DNA of 64,000 nucleotides, from the IMG/VR virus record IMGVR_UViG_3300044638_006750, positions 168,684 through 232,683 of that record. The stretch is one strand, 5' to 3'. Position 1 is the first letter of the stretch. Each line of letters starts with the position of its first letter. Positions 19,458-28,529 of this stretch are shown here, piece by piece. Made by a program: the position numbers and the translations under genes. The notes beneath the pieces were generated by a model. That model worked only from the letters and a program-made list of their open reading frames with translations. It had not been told where the DNA came from and made no database searches.

Positions 19458-20455
19458 CAAATATAAGATTTCATAGAATTGATAATAAAGCATGGGGAAG
19501 ATATCACGCTATTTGGTTTAGAAAATTTGCCAAATATCTGGAACAATTTTTCAATGTGGAATGGAAAGATTATTTTGATCCAGATAATCAAGTAGCTTCG
19601 TCAAGACTTGAACTACTAAGTGATATTAGAGGTTTTGATCATAATCCTCCATTAAGCGATGTTGATTGTGTTATAGAAAATTTAGATACTAAAAAATTTG
19701 TAGTATTAACATTTACAGAATATTTTAATTCTTATGTTGTACACTATTTAAAATCCCCCAACTGTCAAAAATTATTATCCGCACACTTCAATTATCATAA
19801 TATTTACTATTGGCTTAAAAGAGATAATTTAGTACACAGATTGCCCGACGTTGCACCTTGGTTTTTTGGTTCTATAGACGAATGGGATGTTGCAAAATAT
19901 AGAAATGTCAGAAATGAAACGCCGGTCGAAGAACAAAATACTGCTTTGTTTTGGAAAGGGTCCGGTATAGGCTCTTATAGAAAAGTTATAGAGATCCTTA
20001 GAGATAGACAAGTTTTAGATACTCAAACACTACCATTTGATCTATACATGACAACCTTGGCGAAACAAAAAATAGCTTTAGCATATTATATGGATTTAGA
20101 TAGGTATACTAACCCATACGACTATCCCGGCGAATTTTGTTATAGAGATATGGAATATTGCGCTTTAGGCGTTCCATTTATAAGAATAGAATATAAAGAC
20201 TGTGTACATAATGGCCTAATACAAAATTATCATTATATTAGTATACCAAGAGAAACAGCATACGGTATTTATGAAAAAAATGGCAATGATGGTGTAGCAT
20301 CATTAATAGAAGATAAGTATAATGAGATTATTCAGGATAACGACCTATTGGCTTATATTTCTGGTAATCAAAAACAATGGTTCGATAATTATGCGATGTG
20401 GCCTAATAGTGCAAAATTAGCTATACAACTAACCGGAATAGATCAATGGATTTAA
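19454..20455 (+). CDS. Hypothetical, possibly glycosyltransferase-related
   Basis: C-terminal YRDMEYCALGVPFI...HYISI resembles GT-B acceptor/donor-half motifs. Confidence 0.4.
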   Translation: MTNIRFHRIDNKAWGRYHAIWFRKFAKYLEQFFNVEWKDYFDPDNQVASSRLELLSDIRGFDHNPPLSDVDCVIENLDTKKFVVLTFTEYFNSYVVHYLKSPNCQKLLSAHFNYHNIYYWLKRDNLVHRLPDVAPWFFGSIDEWDVAKYRNVRNETPVEEQNTALFWKGSGIGSYRKVIEILRDRQVLDTQTLPFDLYMTTLAKQKIALAYYMDLDRYTNPYDYPGEFCYRDMEYCALGVPFIRIEYKDCVHNGLIQNYHYISIPRETAYGIYEKNGNDGVASLIEDKYNEIIQDNDLLAYISGNQKQWFDNYAMWPNSAKLAIQLTGIDQWI

Positions 20456-21327
20456 AAAATCTGACCATAACAACATGTTTGTACTATGACCTGTGCGGCA
20501 CCGAATTCGGAGGCAGAGTTCATCCAAGAAATAAATATTTCTATGGACTAGTATCCATGCTCAAAATGGATTCCTCTATTGTTCTCTATTGTTGGGAAAA
20601 AAATATTCAAGAACTGACAGATTTTATAGTATCTCAGTGTGGACCTGATGCCTTAAATAAAATTAAATTTATACCATATGATCTTTATAAGAGTCCTCTT
20701 TATGGTGTGATAAGAACACTAAAAGATCCAGAAGAGCAAAAAAAGTCTGATAGAACATATGATTTAATGCAAGCAAAATTCTTAATGGTCAAAAATACAA
20801 TTGAGAATAATTTTTTTAATACTGACAATTTCTACTATATGGATGTAGGGCTATCCAGCTCTGCATTATTTCCATTTAAGTATCTGCCAATGAAAGACGA
20901 TCCTATGAAGAAGTGGTCGGATTGTTCTTTGTTTAATAATACATTAGTTGATGGACTTATTAATTTAATAGATCCAAATAAAGTAGTCATGTGGAGAATA
21001 TCTGATTGGTTACACTGGATAGACCCGTCTCATCTTAGATCAACTGTTAGAGAATCCATTATTGGTGGTATATTTGGAGGCAAAAAAGAACCCATGATTC
21101 AATATTGTAATGATATAACAGATAGATTTATTGACATGGTTATTAATAAAAAAACCTTGTATTTGGATGAAGTTATTATGACTATAGAACATAATTTTAA
21201 TCCTGACAAATATAAAAAGGTAGATTTTGATGTATGGTATCATGAAGATAGTGGAGATTGGTGTCAGGCGGCAATAGTGGGTAAGAAAAGTTTTTATAAA
21301 ACATTCGAGGAGCTTAATAACATATAA
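20446..21327 (+). CDS. Second HtrL/YibB (WlaTC)-like protein
   Basis: ITTCLY, AKFLMV, FYYMDVG, GGIFGG and LDEVIMT. Confidence 0.65.
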   Translation: MDLKNLTITTCLYYDLCGTEFGGRVHPRNKYFYGLVSMLKMDSSIVLYCWEKNIQELTDFIVSQCGPDALNKIKFIPYDLYKSPLYGVIRTLKDPEEQKKSDRTYDLMQAKFLMVKNTIENNFFNTDNFYYMDVGLSSSALFPFKYLPMKDDPMKKWSDCSLFNNTLVDGLINLIDPNKVVMWRISDWLHWIDPSHLRSTVRESIIGGIFGGKKEPMIQYCNDITDRFIDMVINKKTLYLDEVIMTIEHNFNPDKYKKVDFDVWYHEDSGDWCQAAIVGKKSFYKTFEELNNI

Positions 21328-21992
21328 TGCAAACTGATCATGTAGGAAGAATATTAAATCCAGAGGGTGGATATTTAGACATTAATGGGAAACCAATAAC
21401 AGGATGCTGTGCTTTTGCAGGGATTACTGCTATGCAACACGAAGGAGCGTTTGAAGTTTTTAGGTCTTTATTAGAGACAGTTAGACCTGCCAGAGTTCTC
21501 GAAATAGGAACCGCTGCTGGGGGTCTATGTCTTTACATCAGGCACACATTAAATACTTTAGGTATGTCTGATGTACCGATTAAAACTTTTGATATCTATG
21601 ATACATCTACACATAGGGTTTTAGAAAAAGAAAATAATTTAGAAGTTATTTATACTAATATATTTAGTAAAGATTATTTAAACTTAGAGAATCCTGATCT
21701 AATAGAAACTTTTATTAAATCAGAAGGTACAACGCTAGTTTTGTGTGACGGAGGAAATAAAATCAATGAGTTTAATCTAGTAGCTCCTATGTTGAAATCT
21801 GGAGATATTATTATGGCTCATGATTATTCTCCAAACCTTGAATATTTTAAAGAACACATAATGAATAAGGTGTGGTGCTGGATGGAGATTCAAGATTCTG
21901 ATGTGCAGCAGGCCGTCGATAGTAATAATTTAGAACCTTTTATGGCAACAGAATTTGCTAATGTTGTATGGTTATGTCGTCGCAAAGTATAA
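21327..21992 (+). CDS. SAM-dependent O-methyltransferase (CmcI/Methyltransf_24-like)
   Basis: LEIGTAAGG, VLCDGG and GDIIMAHDY. Confidence 0.7.
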   Translation: MQTDHVGRILNPEGGYLDINGKPITGCCAFAGITAMQHEGAFEVFRSLLETVRPARVLEIGTAAGGLCLYIRHTLNTLGMSDVPIKTFDIYDTSTHRVLEKENNLEVIYTNIFSKDYLNLENPDLIETFIKSEGTTLVLCDGGNKINEFNLVAPMLKSGDIIMAHDYSPNLEYFKEHIMNKVWCWMEIQDSDVQQAVDSNNLEPFMATEFANVVWLCRRKV

Positions 21993-22591
21993 TATCGGAA
22001 GAAGATTTTGCTTCAGTATGTTCAAAATTAACAGATGTTTTTTTTGTTCAAATCGGTGCTAATGATGGTGTGTCGTTTGATCCGATACATGATCTAGTCC
22101 TTCGTTACAACTGGTCCGGTATTCTTGTGGAGCCAGGAGCAGAAGCTTTTGATGCACTAAAACATAATTATTCTGGACGAAGCAATTTAATGTTTTTGAA
22201 TTACGCTATATCAGACCGTGATGGTTTTGTAGAATTATACTGTGGTACTACAACTCCACACTTTACGCTTGATTTTATAAAAGCAAAACATATGTTTGAC
22301 GTTGAACCCAAAGCCGTAAGAGTACCCTGTATGTCTATGAAGACACTTATGAACCGATATGTTAAAAATAACAAGATCGATATATTACAGATAGATGCCG
22401 AAGGTCATGATCATATCATACTGAACGATATGGACTTTGAACAATACTTGCCAAAGATAGTTAGATTTGAGTATGTTTCTATAGGAGACAAATTTTTAAA
22501 TAATTGCTTGACCAAACTATTACATTTCGGGTATACTGTACATTACAGTTCTGATGGTGCGGACGTTATAGCTATAAGAGAAATTAAATGA
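21968..22591 (+). CDS. FkbM-family methyltransferase
   Basis: VQIGANDG, ILVEP, IDILQIDAEGHD and PKIVRFE. Confidence 0.85.
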   Translation: MVMSSQSIISEEDFASVCSKLTDVFFVQIGANDGVSFDPIHDLVLRYNWSGILVEPGAEAFDALKHNYSGRSNLMFLNYAISDRDGFVELYCGTTTPHFTLDFIKAKHMFDVEPKAVRVPCMSMKTLMNRYVKNNKIDILQIDAEGHDHIILNDMDFEQYLPKIVRFEYVSIGDKFLNNCLTKLLHFGYTVHYSSDGADVIAIREIK

Positions 22592-22968
22592 AAATTATAT
22601 CTTGGTCTTTTATTTTTTTACTCATGTTTTCGAATGCATATAGTCAAGAACATGTAAATGTTTTTAGTGGATTGCCATTCGTAGGTATGGCCAATACAGC
22701 ACCAGCTGCCTATAACAACAGTGTATCATCTGTTATAGCGGCAGAGGGAGGCTATGCTATAGATATGAGTCAAGCTTTTATTAATAGTCAAGCTGGCTAT
22801 AGTATGGTTTTAGACAATCATACAAAAAGAATAGACACATACTTTAAAGGCAGAGTTAGTAATGCTTACTATAGAGACATGGAAGAATGGAGAAGATCAG
22901 AAAAAACTAGACTGAAACGACTGGGCCTATGGAATGGTGAGACTATTAGAGATTTATATAGACCATAG
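22588..22968 (+). CDS. Secreted hypothetical protein (signal peptide)
   Basis: MKIISWSFIFLLMFSNAYS is a signal peptide. The SQA.IN...A....DN..K...TYF..R..N..YR pattern recalls planctomycete secreted proteins. Confidence 0.55.
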   Translation: MKIISWSFIFLLMFSNAYSQEHVNVFSGLPFVGMANTAPAAYNNSVSSVIAAEGGYAIDMSQAFINSQAGYSMVLDNHTKRIDTYFKGRVSNAYYRDMEEWRRSEKTRLKRLGLWNGETIRDLYRP

Positions 22969-22970
22969 TC

Positions 22971-23876
22971 TCATGGTGTAGGTTGGATGATTCCATACCC
23001 TTCATATTTTCTTATCCCTTTATGCCTAGTATTTTTTAATTGAATAGCTGTTTTTTTGAATAGCTCTATATAGTCTTCTTTAGTTGTCAGTTGATTACCA
23101 TAGTATGATTTAGCTAATGCTGCACACCCAACAGCAAATGGGTTGCTCATGCTCGTACCGCTCATTTTGGCATAAGTATTTCCTGGGTAGCAGCTTAATA
23201 TATCATGTCCTGGGGCAAGAAAATCTAGCTCGTCTCCGCTACAAGTAAAACTAGTTCTTTCAAAATTACTATCTATCGCCCCAATACTTATTGGATAGTC
23301 GTACTTAGCTGGATACAGTATTTCAGAACTCTCACCAGAGTTACCAGCTGCGCAGAATACAACAATATTTTTGCTTTTAGCAAAATCTATAGCTTTTTCT
23401 AGTCTTGGACTAGGAACAGGTGAACCTAGTGACATTGTAATAAAATCTGCCTTATTATCAATAGCCCAATATATACCTTTGATAATATCTTCATTGCTCC
23501 CCATACCACTATCGTTAAGGGCTTTTATTGGCATAATTTTTGCTTTTGGAGCAACACCAACCATGCCTAATCCATTGTCTGAAGCAGCTATAGTTCCTGC
23601 CACATGTGTTCCATGTCCACATTTATCTATGGGGTCTCTTGATGGCTCTACAAAGTTTACTCCTTGTACTAAGTTATGTTTAAGATCATCATGATCTAAA
23701 TCGCATCCAGTATCTATTACAGCAACAACTATACCATCTCCTTTAGAAAATTTCCAATGATTTTTTATTTTGAATGTTTCTATTTCCCATCCATAAAATT
23801 GGCTGTCTTCTGGTGATAAGCCATATACTGGCTCTACTTCATATGGTAATAATGAATAATTATTTTTTCTTTTCAT
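22971..23876 (-). CDS. Subtilisin-like S8 serine peptidase
   Basis: Catalytic triad motifs VIDTG, HGTHVAG and GTSMSNP; oxyanion AAGN. Confidence 0.93.
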   Translation of the reverse strand: MKRKNNYSLLPYEVEPVYGLSPEDSQFYGWEIETFKIKNHWKFSKGDGIVVAVIDTGCDLDHDDLKHNLVQGVNFVEPSRDPIDKCGHGTHVAGTIAASDNGLGMVGVAPKAKIMPIKALNDSGMGSNEDIIKGIYWAIDNKADFITMSLGSPVPSPRLEKAIDFAKSKNIVVFCAAGNSGESSEILYPAKYDYPISIGAIDSNFERTSFTCSGDELDFLAPGHDILSCYPGNTYAKMSGTSMSNPFAVGCAALAKSYYGNQLTTKEDYIELFKKTAIQLKNTRHKGIRKYEGYGIIQPTP

Positions 23877-24657
23877 GCTTTATAGTCTCTCTTATCCATT
23901 CTTTATATAAGCTTACTCTTGTGTGACAACTCTCATCATTGTATGTAGAATTAGAAGATCCATCATATCCTATAACTGATGAATTAATTCCAGCAAGCCT
24001 GTTATCTATAAAAAGACCACCCCCGCTGTCTCCACTACAAATTAAAAATTCTAGCTCTGTAGGCTTTTGATGCCTTTTAGATGGTGAACAGATCAGTACA
24101 TGTCTTTCTATTTTATCTATAAAGTTCGATCCTGCTCTTCTTAAGCCATCATGTTTTTTGGTGCCAGAATTAAATGTTCCCGTAAAACCCCAACCAGATA
24201 TAGAACATAATTTACCAATTTCATCATCTTCTTCATAAATAGATGGATAAAAATCTAAATCTATAGGATCTTCTATGTATCCTAAAGCTATATCAGCATA
24301 GCCAAAAACATTTGTATCATAATCTTTGTGCATAATCATATTTTTAATATTATATTTATTTTCGCCTATATTTACTGTCCAACTATGACAATTCTCAACA
24401 ACATGTGCAGCTGTTATAATCCAGTGAGGATCTATTACTACGGCAGATCCACAGGACATACCCTTGCCGTCAAAACAACATAATTTCACTACACTATGAA
24501 ACTTAGCTCCATAATCAATATATTTTTGATCTGAAGTATGAGGATCTATTGTTCCAGCAATAGAAAAAATTGATAAAAAATTCCATATGAATAAAGCATA
24601 AATATAAGATTTCATATACCGCTCCTTTTCACACCACTTTGTATATATTATATACAC
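23860..24657 (-). CDS. Trypsin-like S1 serine peptidase (exported)
   Basis: TAAHV, DIAL and GDSGGG; hydrophobic N-terminus from MKSYIYALFIW. Confidence 0.9.
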   Translation of the reverse strand: MYIIYTKWCEKERYMKSYIYALFIWNFLSIFSIAGTIDPHTSDQKYIDYGAKFHSVVKLCCFDGKGMSCGSAVVIDPHWIITAAHVVENCHSWTVNIGENKYNIKNMIMHKDYDTNVFGYADIALGYIEDPIDLDFYPSIYEEDDEIGKLCSISGWGFTGTFNSGTKKHDGLRRAGSNFIDKIERHVLICSPSKRHQKPTELEFLICSGDSGGGLFIDNRLAGINSSVIGYDGSSNSTYNDESCHTRVSLYKEWIRETIKHEKKK

Positions 24658-24688
24658 TATAAGTCAAGGGGCCTAGGAATTGTCCAGA

Positions 24689-25012
24689 CTATTCTGTTTT
24701 GTATGGTCTGTGTTGTATTTTTTGATTGATTTCATAGCAATCTTCTACTACGGATGAATTCCAACTTTTAAAATCCATTAGATGCCCGAACATAAGATGA
24801 CATTGTTCAGAGCATAATGTAATTAAATTTGATGGATCAAGTTCTCTATTTGGGTCTATGTGTACAGGAACTATGTGGTGTACTTCAAGATTTTTGTTTT
24901 TCCCGCACGCTCTGCATCTAGATTCTTTTTTTAAATGCTCTTTTCTCACCGCCTGCCACTGAGGAGACCTAACAGCGAATCTTAGCTGTTTAGAAAAAAG
25001 TTTATTAAACAT
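24689..25012 (-). CDS. Small HNH endonuclease
   Basis: CRACG...LEVHHI...NLITLC..CH. Confidence 0.85.
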   Translation of the reverse strand: MFNKLFSKQLRFAVRSPQWQAVRKEHLKKESRCRACGKNKNLEVHHIVPVHIDPNRELDPSNLITLCSEQCHLMFGHLMDFKSWNSSVVEDCYEINQKIQHRPYKTE

Positions 25013-25015
25013 AAT

Positions 25016-26017
25016 CTATAATACCTTAGCAGCTATTAAACATCCTTTAGCTACTGCGTGTAATGGATCATTAGCATGTCTTATTTCTTTTATCTCAACA
25101 GGAAATCCATTTTCTTGCATTTTTAATTTAAAATGTTCGATATATCCATCTGCTAACGATGTACCACCAGCAACCACTATGGTTAATGGATTTTTAAATT
25201 TTGGTAGTGATTTATGATTTATTAATGCAGAAGCTAAATTTTTAGTGGTATAGTCTATAAGTCTTTCATAATATGCTGATACAGCAGCCAACACTGGGTT
25301 GTCGCATGTTTCTCCTATTTTAAATCCACCACCTTCTTTTTCAACCTGTACTACACTATCTGGTTCTCCTGTGGCTACAGCACTCATTCTATCAATCCAG
25401 TCGCCGGATTTAGTTGTGGAAAACAAAACTGTTGGTTCGCCATTAAGCATTACACAAACATTAGTCATTCCCGCTCCACAACTAACCCCAATACCTGTAT
25501 AGTCTTCTGATTCTAATTCAGCATAACATAAGGCTTCTGCTTCATTGATAGCTCTAGCATTATAACCACATTCTGCTAAAATAGTTTTAACAACATCTTC
25601 ATGATATCCAACATCAAAATCGTCGTCTTCTTGATCAACTGGTTGTGCTGGGACACAGAATACCAGTTTTTCATTTTCTTCAGATGCTTTACCTGCTACT
25701 TCTTTTAAAATAAAAGCCAAGATTCTTTTTGCGTCTTTTTCTTTAGCCGAAACAACACCTCTATACATAGGTCTTTTAGCGGTATCATTTCTTTCAATAG
25801 CTTTTTCAATAGCATCTTTACCTAATAGAATAAAAGACCCATCTGAGTCTTTAATAAAAACTTTTCCAGTCAATCCTTTTTCTATCATTTTTGTAGCTAC
25901 TGGTGTTGTTGGTTTAATAACATAAAATGCATCTCTAAAATCTTTATATTGCATTTGATTATTATCGTCAGAAGATAATACTATATATGATGTTCCAACA
26001 TCTAAACCTTTAGCCAT
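25016..26017 (-). CDS. Actin-fold ATPase (MreB/MamK/ParM/FtsA superfamily)
   Basis: Phosphate-1 GLDVGTS, connect-1 NEAEA, phosphate-2 SCGAGMTN, adenosine AGGTS and connect-2 AVAKGC. Confidence 0.85.
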   Translation of the reverse strand: MAKGLDVGTSYIVLSSDDNNQMQYKDFRDAFYVIKPTTPVATKMIEKGLTGKVFIKDSDGSFILLGKDAIEKAIERNDTAKRPMYRGVVSAKEKDAKRILAFILKEVAGKASEENEKLVFCVPAQPVDQEDDDFDVGYHEDVVKTILAECGYNARAINEAEALCYAELESEDYTGIGVSCGAGMTNVCVMLNGEPTVLFSTTKSGDWIDRMSAVATGEPDSVVQVEKEGGGFKIGETCDNPVLAAVSAYYERLIDYTTKNLASALINHKSLPKFKNPLTIVVAGGTSLADGYIEHFKLKMQENGFPVEIKEIRHANDPLHAVAKGCLIAAKVL

Positions 26018-26027
26018 AATTTTACCT

Positions 26028-26342
26028 CTAACCTTTCATATTTTTTAGTTTATTGATAGAAGAACCAATATTTTCCTGACTATTCTTAATTTCTCCTAAA
26101 CCTTCATATTTTTTTTCTAATTGATCAGTTTTAATATCTACTACAAATTTACTGTTATCAATTGATATTGGTTGTCCTGTTGATGTATTTTTGATCGACG
26201 ACAATACTTTTGCAGTAGGCGTCTCTTGTTTAAATACACCATCAAAAGACAATAATCTCCCTACTAGTAGTCCTAATAGGAAGATTATTATGTATGAAAA
26301 TATAAAAAGAGTTATTATGGCTATAATTATTATGTTATTCAT
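26028..26342 (-). CDS. Single-pass membrane protein
   Basis: About 30 hydrophobic N-terminal residues followed by a soluble tail. Confidence 0.6.
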   Translation of the reverse strand: MNNIIIIAIITLFIFSYIIIFLLGLLVGRLLSFDGVFKQETPTAKVLSSIKNTSTGQPISIDNSKFVVDIKTDQLEKKYEGLGEIKNSQENIGSSINKLKNMKG

Positions 26343-26405
26343 TTAGTCTCATAATATATTCCTTAATAGTGTTATTGTCCTCAAGGGGCCGCAAAAATTG
26401 CCTGA

Positions 26406-27305
26406 CTATGACTTATAGTTGCCAATAATACGACCTTTCTGTGTACGATGTACATACCCCATACGAATCAGAAAAGGTTCGATACTATTCTCTATGGTCT
26501 CTACTGCAATACCGGTTAATGAAGATATACTCTTTAGTCCAAGAGGATTAGCTCTATTTTTCTTTAGTAGATCTAGGTACATTCTGTCATATACGTCTAA
26601 ACCCATGCTATCAATTCCTTGATTTAAAAACACTTCATCTACATCGGGCTTAATACTTTTATGAAAGCTTGTATAACTCTTGTACCACATTAAACGAGCA
26701 TTAAGTATTCTAGGAGTACCCTTGCTACGTTTTGCTATCTCTAATAATTCATCATCAGATAATTCAAGTCCAAGCTTAACTGCATTCGATCTTGCTAGTT
26801 TAGCTAATTCATCATCATTATAAAAGGAAAGATGTTCTTTGATTTGAAACCTGTCATAAAATGGTTGACTAAGCCTTCCACCACAAGTTGTTGCTCCAAC
26901 CAAGGTAAAAAGAGGGAGTTCTATTAACTCTGGCTTGTTCTCTACTACGATACTAAGAACAAAATCTTCCATTACAGGATAAAGGAATTCTTCTACAACT
27001 TTTGGAAGTCTATGGATCTCATCAATAAACAAAACCGATCTTGGAGCAATACCCATTAGATACGGAAGTAAATTCTTTATACTTCTAACATTCGCCCCAT
27101 TGACCGTATACAGGTTTTCACCCATTTCTGACGCTATGGCACTAGCCACAGTGGTCTTGCCAAGCCCCGGAGGGCCGTCAATTAAAACATGAGGCATCGT
27201 AGAGCCTGTGCTTTTACAACCCGCCACAACGATGCGTAAACGATTTACAACCTCGTCTTGCCCAATGATATCCTCAAACTTAGAAGGGCGAACAATATTA
27301 GCCAT
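26406..27305 (-). CDS. ruvB: Holliday junction branch-migration helicase RuvB
   Basis: RPSKFEDIIGQ, GPPGLGKTT, LFIDEIHRL, GATT, GTPR and IEPFLI...RTQKGR. Start placed at the ATG after GGAGG. Confidence 0.92.
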   Translation of the reverse strand: MANIVRPSKFEDIIGQDEVVNRLRIVVAGCKSTGSTMPHVLIDGPPGLGKTTVASAIASEMGENLYTVNGANVRSIKNLLPYLMGIAPRSVLFIDEIHRLPKVVEEFLYPVMEDFVLSIVVENKPELIELPLFTLVGATTCGGRLSQPFYDRFQIKEHLSFYNDDELAKLARSNAVKLGLELSDDELLEIAKRSKGTPRILNARLMWYKSYTSFHKSIKPDVDEVFLNQGIDSMGLDVYDRMYLDLLKKNRANPLGLKSISSLTGIAVETIENSIEPFLIRMGYVHRTQKGRIIGNYKS

Positions 27306-27696
27306 TTTTACCTCCAATAGTAACCAAAATATTCTTAATTAGTGACGCCGTATCAGATGTTGGATTGCTTGCATGAGCTTCTGCTACTATAGTTTTAGCT
27401 TCTGAAGCTTTGAATCCATACCCAACTAGAATTTTAACACACTGACCCAGGTCGGCCAATGTCGTTTCTTTTACTACTTTTTGTGTGTTCGTCTTAGCTG
27501 ATTTTTTATCATATAGAATCTCTATATTGCTAATTCTTTTTGGTTTTAGCATAGTTTTACAATCACAAACTATAATAAAACCTTTGGTCTGGGATTCTGC
27601 CAGAGAAAGCCAATGTTCTACAGAACATACTGGACACGTATATTTACAGTGTACGTTTAGCTCAGTCGGTTTCAGGTTTTTGATTTTCTTGTTCAT
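27298..27696 (-). CDS. Zn-ribbon protein with a RuvA C-terminal (domain III)-like tail
   Basis: CPVC...CDC at the N-terminus; the C-terminal CVKILVGYGFKASEAKTIV...TASLIKNIL matches the RuvA-CTD pattern L..LGf...EA..........li+.al. Directly upstream of ruvB. Confidence 0.6.
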   Translation of the reverse strand: MNKKIKNLKPTELNVHCKYTCPVCSVEHWLSLAESQTKGFIIVCDCKTMLKPKRISNIEILYDKKSAKTNTQKVVKETTLADLGQCVKILVGYGFKASEAKTIVAEAHASNPTSDTASLIKNILVTIGGKNG

Positions 27697-28099
27697 CGTT
27701 ATCTTTTATCCAAAATACAAAGTCATTAAGATCAGGATCATACGAACTATCTATAATGTCTTTCTTTACCAAAGTGTGTAGTATATTACTTACCATTCTG
27801 CTGTTAAAAGATTCTATCATTTCCATGAACTTTTTGTCATTAATTAAATATCTAACTTTATCAGATGTTTTACTTTTTTGTATCTTAACTAAGGATTTTG
27901 CAATTACTAAACATTCTTGTTGAGTAAGGACTTCATTTAACTCTGATACCTCATCTTCCGATAGGTCAGACATTAACATACTGAGTTCATCACTTGTCTT
28001 TTCAGATGTAGTACTAAAATTATCAAATACTAAAATTCTAGTACTTTCAACTAATTTATCTAAATCTTCAACTATAAACCATTCTGTATTTTTTCCCAT
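27662..28099 (-). CDS. Hypothetical protein
   Basis: ORF tiles in the operon. Confidence 0.6.
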   Translation of the reverse strand: MGKNTEWFIVEDLDKLVESTRILVFDNFSTTSEKTSDELSMLMSDLSEDEVSELNEVLTQQECLVIAKSLVKIQKSKTSDKVRYLINDKKFMEMIESFNSRMVSNILHTLVKKDIIDSSYDPDLNDFVFWIKDNDEQENQKPETD

Positions 28100-28114
28100 A
28101 ATATTTTTGTGATA

Positions 28115-28525
28115 TTAATTTAGTATATCAAACATTCCTTTGTAGTAATGTGGCTGATTGATAAAATGCACAGCGTGTGACTGTATATGATTTTTATATC
28201 CTATATCAATAGGATCCAAAACAAAATACTTTTTTTTCCAAATTGGAGAACCTTGATAGTTATTCCCCAAATACTGGAAGGAATTACCCTTACCAGTATT
28301 GGAGAAGTAACTATTCACAGGAAACGACTTTTTTGGAAAACCAGAAATATTAGGTATAGTATACCATACATTTGGTGAAGATTCAACTATATCATTCAAA
28401 GCATCTTGTAGCCATTTACTCCAAGCATCCCATGCTGTTGGATCAAACTTGAAGTAATGCTTGTATGGATCTTTAGCATTATCATAGTCATGCTCATCAT
28501 CATTATAGTCATAATCTTCATGCAT
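28115..28525 (-). CDS. Hypothetical protein with an acidic N-terminus
   Basis: ORF tiles in the operon; AGGA upstream. Confidence 0.55.
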   Translation of the reverse strand: MHEDYDYNDDEHDYDNAKDPYKHYFKFDPTAWDAWSKWLQDALNDIVESSPNVWYTIPNISGFPKKSFPVNSYFSNTGKGNSFQYLGNNYQGSPIWKKKYFVLDPIDIGYKNHIQSHAVHFINQPHYYKGMFDILN

Positions 28526-28529
28526 AGTA

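Noticed and set aside
1-22591. Host chromosomal LPS or capsule locus
   Set aside because: No flippase, polymerase, ABC export or priming transferase was recognised, and the block is continuous with rIIA/rIIB, HNH and other phage genes. A cellular origin is not fully excluded without the flanks.
24664-26390. TCAAGGGGCC repeated at 24664-24673 and 26381-26390
   Set aside because: Only 10 bp and two copies. It probably reflects promoter -35 context (GGCCCCTTGA) rather than a mobile-element end.
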